Positions 28,868 through 39,380 of a stretch of 53,866 nt of DNA are shown piece by piece (within the stretch, counting starts at the first letter, position 1; each line of letters opens with the position of its first letter). The position numbers and the translations under genes were made by a program. The notes below the pieces were generated by a model. It saw nothing but the letters and a program-made list of their open reading frames with translations. It was not told the DNA's origin and made no database searches. This DNA is from Gammaproteobacteria bacterium (GTDB lineage Bacteria; Pseudomonadota; Gammaproteobacteria; GCA-2400775). Location: the NCBI GenBank assembly GCA_002400905.2, contig NVRQ02000113.1, positions 1 to 53,866 on the forward strand, in the 5' to 3' direction.

Positions 28868-29197
28868 TTACCGCTCGCCATTTTCAGCGCGCGATGCCTT
28901 CTCTTCAATACCGGAAATGCCAAAACGCCGAGCCAACTCGTCGGTGACTTCCGACACCGGTATCCCTTTGTGAACCAGCAGAACTAAAGCGTGAAACCAC
29001 AAATCAGCCATTTCGTAGACCACTTGCTCACGCGTCTCGCTCTGGCTGGCGATGATCACCTCAACGGCCTCTTCACCGAGCTTCTTTAATATCTTGCCTT
29101 CGCCTGCTTTGTAGAGGCTAGCAACATAGGACGTGTCAGAATCAGCCATTTTACGACTTTCCAGCACTTCTTCTAGCTTGGTCAGGACATCACTCAT
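28868..29197 (-). CDS. hisE: Phosphoribosyl-ATP pyrophosphatase (stand-alone HisE)
   Basis: 109 aa with SYVASLY..G...ILKKLGEEAVEVIIA ... EMADLWFHALVLL, the MazG-like HisE signature. No fused HisI domain. Confidence 0.92.
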   Translation of the reverse strand: MSDVLTKLEEVLESRKMADSDTSYVASLYKAGEGKILKKLGEEAVEVIIASQSETREQVVYEMADLWFHALVLLVHKGIPVSEVTDELARRFGISGIEEKASRAENGER

Positions 29198-29294
29198 CTC
29201 AGCCGGCCACGTTAGTCGCTTTTATAATGCTTTTCAACCAGAGTTTACGTCAAGAGCACTCTTATTCGTGACCTATCCGTAGCATCATTGGGTC

Positions 29295-30068
29295 TTAGAG
29301 ACGAACTTCAATACCCGCGGCAGCCATAAATTGCTTGGCCTCGCCGACACTGTACTCACCATAATGAAAAATACTCGCAGCCAGCACTGCATCAGCATGC
29401 CCCCGCGTAACACCATCAACCAAATGTGGCAGCGAGCCTACACCACCTGAGGCGATAACCGGAATTCCGACAGAATCACTCACCGAGCGCGTCAACTCAA
29501 GATCAAAGCCATCTTTAGTGCCATCGCGATCCATACTCGTTAACAAGATCTCGCCAGCGCCATACTGCTCCATACGTTGCACCCAATCAATAACATCGAT
29601 CCCGGTCTCTTTACGACCGCCATGCGTATATATTTGCCAACGCGGCAGCTCGCCTTCGGCGCTGACACAACGCGCATCTACCGCAACGACGATACATTGG
29701 GCACCGTATTTATCAGCGGCCCGGCGCACGAGATCAGGATCGATAATTGCTGCCGTATTAATGCCCACCTTATCTGCACCTGCCTTGAGCATGCGGCCAA
29801 CATCATCAACAGCACGAATACCACCGCCCACGGTCAAGGGAATAAAAATCTCACTGGAAACCTGTTCCACCACATGAACAATCGTATCGCGACCTTCGTG
29901 ACTGGCTGTAATATCCAGGAAAACTAGCTCATCGGCGCCCTGAGCGTCATAGCGACGCGCCACTTCGACAGGGTCACCCGCATCTCGAATATCGACGAAC
30001 TGTACGCCTTTAACAACGCGTCCATTATCAACGTCAAGACAGGGAATAATACGTTTAGCTAGGGCCAT
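29295..30068 (-). CDS. hisF: Imidazole glycerol phosphate synthase cyclase subunit
   Basis: 257 aa starting [21 protein letters not shown], with GADKV and SGG motifs. Confidence 0.96.
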   Translation of the reverse strand: MALAKRIIPCLDVDNGRVVKGVQFVDIRDAGDPVEVARRYDAQGADELVFLDITASHEGRDTIVHVVEQVSSEIFIPLTVGGGIRAVDDVGRMLKAGADKVGINTAAIIDPDLVRRAADKYGAQCIVVAVDARCVSAEGELPRWQIYTHGGRKETGIDVIDWVQRMEQYGAGEILLTSMDRDGTKDGFDLELTRSVSDSVGIPVIASGGVGSLPHLVDGVTRGHADAVLAASIFHYGEYSVGEAKQFMAAAGIEVRL

Positions 30069-30077
30069 GGTCGGTTA

Positions 30078-30291
30078 CTATGAAATCTTTGCACGATGGT
30101 GATTTTTCGTTAGTGCAAGGCAAAAATCGTCGAACACCTCAAGGGTTCTTTTCAATGTCCCCTTGAGGGGTGCACCTAGAAAGCGCAGTTTACAGGAGTA
30201 AATAAACATTTCTACGTGCCCTTGGGGTATTAGGCTATTTTTAACGCCGCCATAGCGGAAAACATGCTTCGTGCAAAGGTCTCACTATCTA
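30078..30291. repeat. MITE-like element, family 2, copy b (214 bp, inverted relative to copy a, with about 70 bp of extra internal sequence)
   Basis: The reverse complement aligns with copy a at both ends (gagacctttgcacgaagcat(g/c)ttttccgctatggcggcgttaaaaa ... ttcgacgatttttgccttgc(a/c)ctaacgaaaaa(t/c)caccatcgtgcaa). It fills the hisA|hisF gap and contains the hisA stop codon (30285-30287). It has an internal 9 bp hairpin, 30137-30145 / 30160-30168. Confidence 0.85.
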
Positions 30292-31055
30292 AAGTTCTGA
30301 CTAATTCTTGGGTTATTTTTTTGCGAGAGCTCGTCGGCAACTTTTTGCGCTGCGGCCAAATCGAGCGTGCCTTCATAAAGCGCGCGACCGCTGATTGCGC
30401 CGACAATACCTTCTTCTTCCACAGCACAAAGATTACGCACATCGTCCATATTGGTAATACCACCTGATGCAATTACCGGGATGGTGATCGACTGCGCAAG
30501 CTTAACCGTCGCTTCGATATTGACGCCACCCATCATGCCATCACGACTGATATCGGTATAAATAATCGCTTCAACACCATCACGCTCAAAATGCTGCGCC
30601 ATATCAATGACATCATGATGCGATAATTTAGACCAACCATTAATCGCAACCTTGCCATCTTTGGCATCCAGACCAACAATAATGTGTCCGGGAAATTCAG
30701 CGCAAACATCCGAAACAAAATGGGGTTCGGTCACAGCCGTCGTTCCGATGATGACGTAGCTCACGCCGCTGTCCAAATAAGCCTGAATGGTATCGTCATC
30801 GCGAATGCCACCACCCACCTGAACCGGAATATCAGGGCATGCATCAACAATACGATGAATGATCTCCGCATTTTCTGGGCGGCCATTTATGGCGCCATCC
30901 AGATCAACAATGTGTATACGACGCGCACCGGCCTCAACCCAACGTTGCGCCACCGCAACCGGATCGTCTGAAAAGACCGTCTCATCATCCATCTTCCCTT
31001 GGCGCAAACGCACACATTTGCCACCCTTGATATCAATTGCTGGTATTAACAGCAT
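30285..31055 (-). CDS. hisA: 1-(5-phosphoribosyl)-5-[(5-phosphoribosylamino)methylideneamino]imidazole-4-carboxamide isomerase
   Basis: 256 aa starting [17 protein letters not shown], a (beta/alpha)8 HisA. Its C-terminal tail of about 10 aa ([11 protein letters not shown]) ends in a stop codon contributed by MITE-2b. Confidence 0.95.
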   Translation of the reverse strand: MLLIPAIDIKGGKCVRLRQGKMDDETVFSDDPVAVAQRWVEAGARRIHIVDLDGAINGRPENAEIIHRIVDACPDIPVQVGGGIRDDDTIQAYLDSGVSYVIIGTTAVTEPHFVSDVCAEFPGHIIVGLDAKDGKVAINGWSKLSHHDVIDMAQHFERDGVEAIIYTDISRDGMMGGVNIEATVKLAQSITIPVIASGGITNMDDVRNLCAVEEEGIVGAISGRALYEGTLDLAAAQKVADELSQKNNPRISQNFR

Positions 31056-31101
31056 AATGTCGTCCTCTTTTGCGTTACGCTATCAAACAAGTCCATTGAT
31101 T

Positions 31102-31746
31102 TCATTGTCCATTCCATTGCATAAAGTTATCGAGTATTCGCAAGCCTAAAGCCTGGCTTTTTTCAGGGTGAAACTGCACCGCAAAAATATTGGGCGCAGC
31201 CACCGCCGCACAAAATTCACCGCCATAATCGCAAACACCTGCGATAGTGTCCGCTTGCTCTGCAACCACAAAGTAACTGTGGACAAAATAAAACCGGCTA
31301 CCTGGCGCCACGCCATGCCACATAGGATGATCCTGTTTCAGATCAAGCATGCTCCAACCCATGTGCGGCACTTTCAGCCTATGACCTCTCTTATCGGCAC
31401 GATTTTGACCAAAGTGATTGACTGTGCCTGGCAATATTCCTAACGCATCACAACCACCGTTTTCTTCACCAGAATCAAACAAGGCCTGCATACCCAAACA
31501 TATACCAAGAAATGGCTTTTCTTTCACCAAATCAATAATTAATTTATCCAGGGACAAGCGTTTTAATTCAGCCATCGCTTCAGGTAGCGCGCCAACACCT
31601 GGAAACACCACCCGATCTGACTCCGCAATCACTTTTGGGTCATTGGTCACCCGCACGGATGCGTCCGGGCTGACATGCTCCAGCGCCTTGGACACTGAGC
31701 GTAAATTACCCATGCCATAATCTATCACTGCAACCGAATTCATCAC
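31102..31746 (-). CDS. hisH: Imidazole glycerol phosphate synthase glutaminase subunit
   Basis: 214 aa class I GATase with ICLGMQ and FHPEKS. Confidence 0.95.
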   Translation of the reverse strand: MMNSVAVIDYGMGNLRSVSKALEHVSPDASVRVTNDPKVIAESDRVVFPGVGALPEAMAELKRLSLDKLIIDLVKEKPFLGICLGMQALFDSGEENGGCDALGILPGTVNHFGQNRADKRGHRLKVPHMGWSMLDLKQDHPMWHGVAPGSRFYFVHSYFVVAEQADTIAGVCDYGGEFCAAVAAPNIFAVQFHPEKSQALGLRILDNFMQWNGQ

Positions 31747-31796
31747 TCTTTATGTTCGCAACGTATAAGACCAATCTGCAAGCTTAGCTCCAGAAC

Positions 31797-32396
31797 TTAC
31801 CCCGAAAGCTTGCCCTTAGTTGATGGAATAACACCAGCACAACGATCATCCAACTCAATGGCCATACGTAATGCTCGACCGAATGCCTTAAACACGGTTT
31901 CAATAATATGGTGTGCATTGTCGCCACGGATATTGTCGATATGTAGCGTAACCCATGCGTGATTAACCATGCCACCAAAAAATTCACGGAATAAATCTAC
32001 ATCAAAGCCGCCAACACTAGAACGCGGAAAATCAATATGGTATTCCATACCAGGACGCCCAGAAAAATCTATCACAACACGAGATAGCGCCTCATCCAAA
32101 GGCACATAGGCGTGGCCATAACGACGGATGCCACGCTTATCACCAATAGCTTCAGCCAAGGCCTGACCCAGCGCAATACCAATATCTTCAACCGTATGGT
32201 GATCATCAATGTCAAGGTCACCTTTGGCGCGCACCTCGAGATCTATCAAGCCATGCCGAGCAATTTGATCCATCATGTGATCAAGAAATGGGATCCCACT
32301 ATTTAGCTTGGCCTGACCGCTGCCATCTAAATTAATGCTAACCTCAATTTGGGTTTCTAGCGTATCGCGCTTTACTGACGCTTTACGATCTGTCAT
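31797..32396 (-). CDS. hisB: Imidazoleglycerol-phosphate dehydratase (monofunctional)
   Basis: The track start at 32408 is a TTG. The ATG at 32396 ([17 protein letters not shown]) has a GGAG Shine-Dalgarno and matches the conserved IGPD N-terminus. DHH and HHIIE motifs are present. Confidence 0.94.
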   Translation of the reverse strand: MTDRKASVKRDTLETQIEVSINLDGSGQAKLNSGIPFLDHMMDQIARHGLIDLEVRAKGDLDIDDHHTVEDIGIALGQALAEAIGDKRGIRRYGHAYVPLDEALSRVVIDFSGRPGMEYHIDFPRSSVGGFDVDLFREFFGGMVNHAWVTLHIDNIRGDNAHHIIETVFKAFGRALRMAIELDDRCAGVIPSTKGKLSG

Positions 32397-32423
32397 GATT
32401 TTCTCCAATCACTACTATAGCAA

Positions 32424-33728
32424 CTAATCATTAATTCGATACTCGGCTGAGCGCGCATGTGCTGTCAATCCTTCTCCACGTGCGAGTGTCGAAGCAATTT
32501 TACCTAATTTCGATGCCCCTTCCGGCGAACACATAATTAGGCTAGACCGTTTTTGAAAATCGTAAACCCCGAGCGGCGATGAAAAACGTGCTGTTCTTGA
32601 CGTTGGCAATACATGATTGGGGCCAGCACAATAATCGCCTAAGACTTCGGCCGTTGACTGACCCATAAAAATAGCACCTGCATGACGTACTTTTGGTAAG
32701 AGTGCTTGCGGGTCTGCTACTGACAGCTGCAAATGCTCAGGCGCAATATAATTGATCACTGCCATAGCATCATCAATGCTGTCTGCCTCGATCATGGCGG
32801 CGCGACCCGTTAGCGATGCCTCGATAATCTCTTTACGCTCCATTTCTGGCAATAACTTCGCAATACTTGCTTCGACCTGTTCAATATAGCTTGCGTCAGT
32901 GCTAATCAAAATCGCCTGCGCATCTTCATCATGCTCAGACTGAGCAAACATATCCATGGCTATCCAATCTGCCGGCATACTGCTATCAGCCAGTATCAGT
33001 ATTTCCGACGGCCCAGCAATCATATCAATACCAACCGTGCCGAACACCATACGCTTGGCCGTTGCAACGTAGATATTGCCTGGGCCAACAATTTTATCTA
33101 CAGCCGGTACCGTCTCAGTGCCGTAGGCTAACGCCGCAACGGCTTGCGCACCGCCAACAGTAAAAACCCGGTCAACACCACCAATAACGGCAGCCGCTAA
33201 CACTAATTCATTCAGCACACCATTCGGTGTTGGCACCACCATAATCAATTCGCCAACGCCTGCAACTTTGGCAGGAATCGCATTCATCAGCACCGATGAG
33301 GGATAAGCCGCTTTGCCACCAGGAACGTAAAGCCCAACACGATCTAGCGGAGTGACTTTTTGACCCAGCAAGGTGCCATCTGCTTCAGTGTAATCCCAAG
33401 AATCACTTTTCTGTTTAATATGATAATCGCGCAGTCGTTGCGCCGCTTGCTCTAATGCTGTTTTTTCTACCTGAGGAATAGACTCTAAGGCTTGCTGCAA
33501 ACGCGAAGCGGGTAACTCTAGCTCCGCTGCATCAGCAACGGCCAGATGATCAAAACGCTCGGTATAGTCAATTAACGCCGCATCACCACGCTGACGCACA
33601 GCCGATAAGATTTCACGAACCGTATTCTCTATAGCCAAATCGTCGGCATCATCAAAAGCACGTACTGCTTCTAGCTGCTGCCAAAAATCAGCCGAGGCAG
33701 TCTTTAATCGTCTGACTAAGGAGCTCAT
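32424..33728 (-). CDS. hisD: Histidinol dehydrogenase
   Basis: The track ORF extends to 33806 through MITE-3b. The conserved N-terminus ([15 protein letters not shown]) places the start at ATG 33728 (MSSLVRRL), giving 434 aa. The start codon and first 4 codons lie within the MITE-3b terminal repeat. Confidence 0.92.
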   Translation of the reverse strand: MSSLVRRLKTASADFWQQLEAVRAFDDADDLAIENTVREILSAVRQRGDAALIDYTERFDHLAVADAAELELPASRLQQALESIPQVEKTALEQAAQRLRDYHIKQKSDSWDYTEADGTLLGQKVTPLDRVGLYVPGGKAAYPSSVLMNAIPAKVAGVGELIMVVPTPNGVLNELVLAAAVIGGVDRVFTVGGAQAVAALAYGTETVPAVDKIVGPGNIYVATAKRMVFGTVGIDMIAGPSEILILADSSMPADWIAMDMFAQSEHDEDAQAILISTDASYIEQVEASIAKLLPEMERKEIIEASLTGRAAMIEADSIDDAMAVINYIAPEHLQLSVADPQALLPKVRHAGAIFMGQSTAEVLGDYCAGPNHVLPTSRTARFSSPLGVYDFQKRSSLIMCSPEGASKLGKIASTLARGEGLTAHARSAEYRIND

Positions 33729-33889
33729 TGATTGGGCGACATAGGCGAGTGAGTATTGCGCCGAGACAAGGCGGGTATTATGAAAAAACTGCAGGCGTAT
33801 ACACATACGATGAGGATTTTTTCATAATGACCAACGCAGGCGCAGGCCAATAGGCACCGCGTATGCCGTCTAATCAATGAACTCCTTAG
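33716..33889. repeat. MITE-like element, family 3, copy b (174 bp)
   Basis: Termini are ctaaggagctcattgatt ... aatcaatgaactccttag. Sub-terminal inverted repeats are gggcgacataggcg / cgcgtatgccgtc. There is an internal 12 bp perfect inverted repeat attatgaaaaaa (33777-33788) / ttttttcataat (33817-33828). It occupies the hisG|hisD gap. Confidence 0.8.
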
Positions 33890-33909
33890 CATGGCAACCA
33901 TTGTTCTGT

Positions 33910-34542
33910 CTAAGCCTTTACCGCAGCACCGATTTGCTCGATCAATTTCGTGATACGAGCCTGCTTCATTTTCATTGAGCCTTTGTTGACGACTAAGCGT
34001 GAGCTAACGTCCATAATATGCTCCATCGGCACCAAACCATTCGCGCGCAAGGTATTCCCTGTATCAACCAAATCAACAATCAAATCAGACAGGCCCACAA
34101 TAGGTGCTAACTCCATTGACCCATAAAGCTTGATAATTTCGACCTGTATTCCTTGCTTGGCATAATATTGCTGCGCCGTGCGCACATATTTTGTCGCAAT
34201 ACGCATACGTGCTTGACCCTGGTTAGAGTCAGGCACCCCTGCAAGCATCAATGCGCAGCTAGCAATTTTTAGATCGAGCAGCTCATATAATCCGTGACCG
34301 TCGTACTCCACCAAAACATCTTTGCCGGCAATGCCAACATCTGCTGCGCCGTATTCGACGAAAGTCGGAACATCCGCAGCACGAATAATAACAAGCTTAA
34401 CACCAGGCTCTGTGGTATCAATAATCAGCTTGCGACTCGTATCCGGATCTTCTGTTGGGACGATGCCAGCAGCGGCTAAAAGAGGCAATGCCTCTTTGTA
34501 TATACGCCCTTTAGAAACGGCAATAGTGAGATTATCGTTCAC
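33910..34542 (-). CDS. hisG: ATP phosphoribosyltransferase, short (HisZ-dependent) form
   Basis: 210 aa starting [10 protein letters not shown]. It lacks the C-terminal regulatory domain of the long (about 300 aa) form. Confidence 0.93.
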   Translation of the reverse strand: MNDNLTIAVSKGRIYKEALPLLAAAGIVPTEDPDTSRKLIIDTTEPGVKLVIIRAADVPTFVEYGAADVGIAGKDVLVEYDGHGLYELLDLKIASCALMLAGVPDSNQGQARMRIATKYVRTAQQYYAKQGIQVEIIKLYGSMELAPIVGLSDLIVDLVDTGNTLRANGLVPMEHIMDVSSRLVVNKGSMKMKQARITKLIEQIGAAVKA

Positions 34543-34556
34543 GGTAGTTCCTGCAA

Positions 34557-35825
<1,269 letters not shown>

Positions 35826-35914
35826 TTACGTATTTTGTTATTGAGTCAATGATGTATGCGTTCTATCCGCAACCATAACGATGCGGACCAACCCTATTTT
35901 ACCATCTCTGGTGT

Positions 35915-36145
35915 TTATGCAGCCGTTGGAACTCGCGTTTTCAAGGCCAGCGCATGGATCGCTGCATTCTCAACATTATCGCCCAATGTAGCGTAAACCA
36001 TGCGATGCTGCTCAAGAATAGATTTGCCACGAAAAGCCTCTGACACGACGACTGCCTCGAAATGAACACCATCATCGCCCTTCACCTCGACCTCGGCACC
36101 AGGCAGTCCGCTTGCTATCATTTGTTCAATCTGTGGGGCTTGCAT
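35915..36145 (-). CDS. ibaG: BolA family protein (IbaG/YrbA-like)
   Basis: 76 aa with the BolA-fold signature HF...VVS..F.GKS...QHRMVY. Located between mla and murA as in E. coli and Pseudomonas. Confidence 0.85.
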   Translation of the reverse strand: MQAPQIEQMIASGLPGAEVEVKGDDGVHFEAVVVSEAFRGKSILEQHRMVYATLGDNVENAAIHALALKTRVPTAA

Positions 36146-36197
36146 TGAATGCGATCCGTAAATACGCAGTATTCTAGCATAGGGGTAGCACTAAGGA

Positions 36198-36294
36198 TTA
36201 GGGAACCTCTGATTAATTCATGGCCCGATGTCTAATGGCTAAAACCTTCCAGCTCATCATCCGTTCAGCCCAGCATTAATCAGAGGTTCCTTAG
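36198..36294. repeat. MITE-like element, family 1, copy c (89 bp core flanked by TTAG on both sides)
   Basis: 16 bp perfect terminal inverted repeat GGAACCTCTGATTAAT (36202-36217) / ATTAATCAGAGGTTCC (36275-36290). TTAG lies directly outside each end. Located in the ibaG|mlaB gap. Confidence 0.88.
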
Positions 36295-36311
36295 CGCAAT
36301 AAGTGCAGACA

Positions 36312-36614
36312 CTAGGTTGCAATAGGTAATACCGTATCAAGACGAGTCATCGCCAATACCGACAAAAGAGGGGCTGGCACATCGACAAAGCTTAACTGCC
36401 CCCCCGCTAAACTCACTTGACGATAAAGCTCAACCATAAATGCCGTCGCCGCACTATCAACATGCGTAATTTCAGCAAAGCTTACCGAGAGACTCTCCTC
36501 ACGCTCAACCAAGCGTGCTATAAGCTTTTCTGATTCAGCTGCGCTATCAAAGCTGAGCGCTCCAACTAAAATACATTGGTTGCCATCGAAACGGCACTCA
36601 AGCTGATTCATCAT
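36312..36614 (-). CDS. mlaB: STAS-domain protein MlaB
   Basis: The track ORF runs to 36668, overlapping mlaC. A start at ATG 36614 or 36611 gives about 100 aa, typical for MlaB. Last gene of the mla operon. Confidence 0.75.
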   Translation of the reverse strand: MMNQLECRFDGNQCILVGALSFDSAAESEKLIARLVEREESLSVSFAEITHVDSAATAFMVELYRQVSLAGGQLSFVDVPAPLLSVLAMTRLDTVLPIAT

Positions 36615-37245
36615 TCCCGCCCACAGCACGCTCATTGCGTCGCTCGAGATCTGCAACCAGCGCATCAATTCCGTTCTTTCTAATGAAGCCAGAAAAAGTA
36701 CTGCGATAATTCGTAATTAAACTCACGCCTTCGATGGTGATATTGAATACTTTCCAGGCCTCATCTTTCTGGTACAAACGATAGGTCACCTCAACGGCTT
36801 CGCCGCCTGTACTCACGACACTGGTCACATCAATATGCCTATCACCTTCTTGAAAGCGTGCCGGCTTATAATCAATATCAGCATCAGCAAAACGGTAAAG
36901 GGCCTTGGCATAGGTGTTAACCAATAGTTCACGAAACTGAATGGCAAATGCTTTGCGCTGAGGCACTGCGGCACGACGCCAATACTTACCTAAAGCAAGC
37001 TTAGACATGCGGACAAAATCAAAATGTGGCAGTATTCTTTCGCTCACAATAGTCCGCAATACGGCATTGTCTGCCTCAATCGCTTCTTTTTCTGATCGAA
37101 ATGCTGACAATAAATCAGTTGTTGTCTTTGCAATCAACTGCTGAGCAGGATGCTCTTCAGCCACGGCCACCGTTGCAAACATGCAGCCAGCAAACAAAAG
37201 TAGCAATAAGCGTTGCTTTATCAACACAAAAATCTCCTCAAGCAC
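36598..37245 (-). CDS. mlaC: Periplasmic phospholipid-binding protein MlaC
   Basis: 215 aa with a signal peptide and Tgt2/MlaC-like sequence (FDFVRMSKLALGKYWR). Canonical operon position. Confidence 0.88.
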   Translation of the reverse strand: MLEEIFVLIKQRLLLLLFAGCMFATVAVAEEHPAQQLIAKTTTDLLSAFRSEKEAIEADNAVLRTIVSERILPHFDFVRMSKLALGKYWRRAAVPQRKAFAIQFRELLVNTYAKALYRFADADIDYKPARFQEGDRHIDVTSVVSTGGEAVEVTYRLYQKDEAWKVFNITIEGVSLITNYRSTFSGFIRKNGIDALVADLERRNERAVGGNDESA

Positions 37246-37305
37246 ATTTAATAATTAACTTACACACATACTGGCATAGACAAACTAAACAAACGCTTAA
37301 TTCGG

Positions 37306-37761
37306 TTATTCTGCGCTGTTCAACAAAAACTGGCCAATAAGCTGCTCAATGACGATAGCGGATTGAGTCAACTCAATCACCCCACCCGAACCCAAGTACT
37401 CTTCTTCCGCACCCGGCTCTAAGCCAACATACTGCTCACCGAGTAATCCTGAAGTAAAAATATTCGCCGAAGTATCAATGGGTAAGCGGTCGTAACCATT
37501 GGCTATGGTCATCTCAACCACCGCCTCATAACGATTTTGATCATAGTTTATGGCGTTAACACGACCCACTCTAACACCGCCCAAACGCACTGGTGAACGC
37601 ACTTTAAGGCCACCAATATTTTCGAATCGCGCATTGATGGTATACCCTTCCGTATCAGAAAAAGCACCCAAGTTACTGACCTTCATCGCCAACATAACTA
37701 AGGCGACCACACCCGCCGCAACAAATAAGCCCACCGCAATTTCGGTCATTTTGCTATACAT
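37306..37761 (-). CDS. mlaD: MCE-domain protein MlaD
   Basis: 151 aa with an N-terminal anchor plus an MCE domain (LKVRSPVRLGGVRVGRV). Confidence 0.9.
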   Translation of the reverse strand: MYSKMTEIAVGLFVAAGVVALVMLAMKVSNLGAFSDTEGYTINARFENIGGLKVRSPVRLGGVRVGRVNAINYDQNRYEAVVEMTIANGYDRLPIDTSANIFTSGLLGEQYVGLEPGAEEEYLGSGGVIELTQSAIVIEQLIGQFLLNSAE

Positions 37762-37764
37762 AGG

Positions 37765-38547
37765 TTAGCGCCCTCCAAACATCAATGCAGTTAATATAAA
37801 GTCAAACGCCAATACCGCAAAAGCACTATGCACCACCGTACGCATGGTGGCGCGGCTTACGCCCTCGGCAGTCGGCTTAGCATCATAACCTTCGAATACA
37901 GCAATCCACGTAATAATAATACCGAATACCACGCTCTTAAGGATTCCATTGAGAATATCGTCATAAAAATCGACATTAGCTTGCATTAAAGACCAAAATG
38001 CGCCGCTATCAACACCCAACAGACCCACACCAACCAGATAACCGCCAAGGATACCAACAGCGCTAAACATCGCTGCCAGCAAAGGCATGGAAAGCACGCC
38101 TGCGAGAAAGCGTGGCGCCACCACACGCTTTATAGGATCAACCGCCATCATTTCCATGCTCGACAACTGCTCAGTTGCTTTCATTAAACCAATTTCAGCC
38201 GTCAATGCCGAACCCGCCCGTCCAGCAAACAACAGACCCGCCAATACCGGCCCCAACTCGCGCACCAACGATAGAGCAACGACTTGCCCCAATATCTGTT
38301 CCGAACCAAAGTCACGCAGGGTATAAAACATCTGTAAGCTCAGCACCATACCAACCGCCAAGGCAGAGATAACGATAATGGCTATCGATAACACCCCCAC
38401 CTCATAGAGCTGGGTAACCACCAATGAAAAGCGGCGCAGCAGCATGGGCAAGCCAGCAATGACTTGTGAAATAAATAGCGTCGCCCGGCCCAGTCGTGCC
38501 AACACACGCAACGCTGCCTCGCCAGTGAGTCGTATTGCTTCAATCAT
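37765..38547 (-). CDS. mlaE: Phospholipid ABC transporter permease MlaE
   Basis: 260 aa membrane protein with LVRELGPVL, the conserved MlaE motif. Confidence 0.92.
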   Translation of the reverse strand: MIEAIRLTGEAALRVLARLGRATLFISQVIAGLPMLLRRFSLVVTQLYEVGVLSIAIIVISALAVGMVLSLQMFYTLRDFGSEQILGQVVALSLVRELGPVLAGLLFAGRAGSALTAEIGLMKATEQLSSMEMMAVDPIKRVVAPRFLAGVLSMPLLAAMFSAVGILGGYLVGVGLLGVDSGAFWSLMQANVDFYDDILNGILKSVVFGIIITWIAVFEGYDAKPTAEGVSRATMRTVVHSAFAVLAFDFILTALMFGGR

Positions 38548-38550
38548 TAC

Positions 38551-39357
38551 TTACTCGACGCTCGCAAATAAATCAGTTTGATAATCTGTCGCCGGATACT
38601 GGAACGAAACCGGGCCATCAGGCTCTGCACGCAAAAATTGCCGCGCCCACGGTGATTCAGATTGCCGCAACTCTTCTGGTGTCCCACTCGCTATGACCTT
38701 ACCTTCTGCGATCAGATAAACAAAATCCGATATCGCCATCGCATCATGAACATCATGCGAAACAATGATGCTGGTCATGCCTAAACTATCGTTGAGTAAT
38801 TTTATCAGACGTGTGATCACCGACATCGTGATCGGATCCTGGCCAACGAAGGGCTCGTCATACATCATCAATCGAGGATCAAGCGCAATCGCGCGCGCCA
38901 GGGCAACCCGTCGCGCCATGCCACCAGACAATTCGCCTGGCATTAGCTCTGCCGCGCCACGCAAACCCACCGCCTCCAGCTTTGACAAAACCAAGTGGCT
39001 CACCATTTGCTCCGATAGCTGCGTATGCTCTCGTATCGGGAACGCAACATTGTCAAACACGCTAAGTCCGGTAAACAAAGCGCTAGCTTGAAACAAAAGC
39101 CCCATGCTTTTGCGCGCTGCTAACAACGCATCTTTGTTTAAATCCGGAATATTTTTCCCTTCATACCTCACCTCACCAGCATGCGGTCGAACTTGACCGC
39201 CGATCATGCGCAACAAAGTGGTTTTACCGGTACCGCTTGGGCCCATAATGGTTGTGATTTTCCCACGCTCGATGTCAATATCCATTCCATCGGCGATAAT
39301 GCGCGCACCATAACTAAATTGGAGGTTTTTAATCGTCAAAATGCTATCTGATGACAA
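38551..39357 (-). CDS. mlaF: Phospholipid ABC transporter ATPase MlaF
   Basis: 268 aa with Walker A GPSGTGKTT, signature LSGGM and Walker B MMYDEPF. Confidence 0.92.
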   Translation of the reverse strand: MSSDSILTIKNLQFSYGARIIADGMDIDIERGKITTIMGPSGTGKTTLLRMIGGQVRPHAGEVRYEGKNIPDLNKDALLAARKSMGLLFQASALFTGLSVFDNVAFPIREHTQLSEQMVSHLVLSKLEAVGLRGAAELMPGELSGGMARRVALARAIALDPRLMMYDEPFVGQDPITMSVITRLIKLLNDSLGMTSIIVSHDVHDAMAISDFVYLIAEGKVIASGTPEELRQSESPWARQFLRAEPDGPVSFQYPATDYQTDLFASVE

Positions 39358-39380
39358 AGCTTAACTCCCTAACTAAACAA

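Noticed and set aside
31089-31101. agtccattgatt next to the hisH stop, matching the MITE-3 terminus.
   Set aside because: It is only a match of about 12 nt with no partner terminus or internal homology. It could be a remnant or chance, which is insufficient to call.
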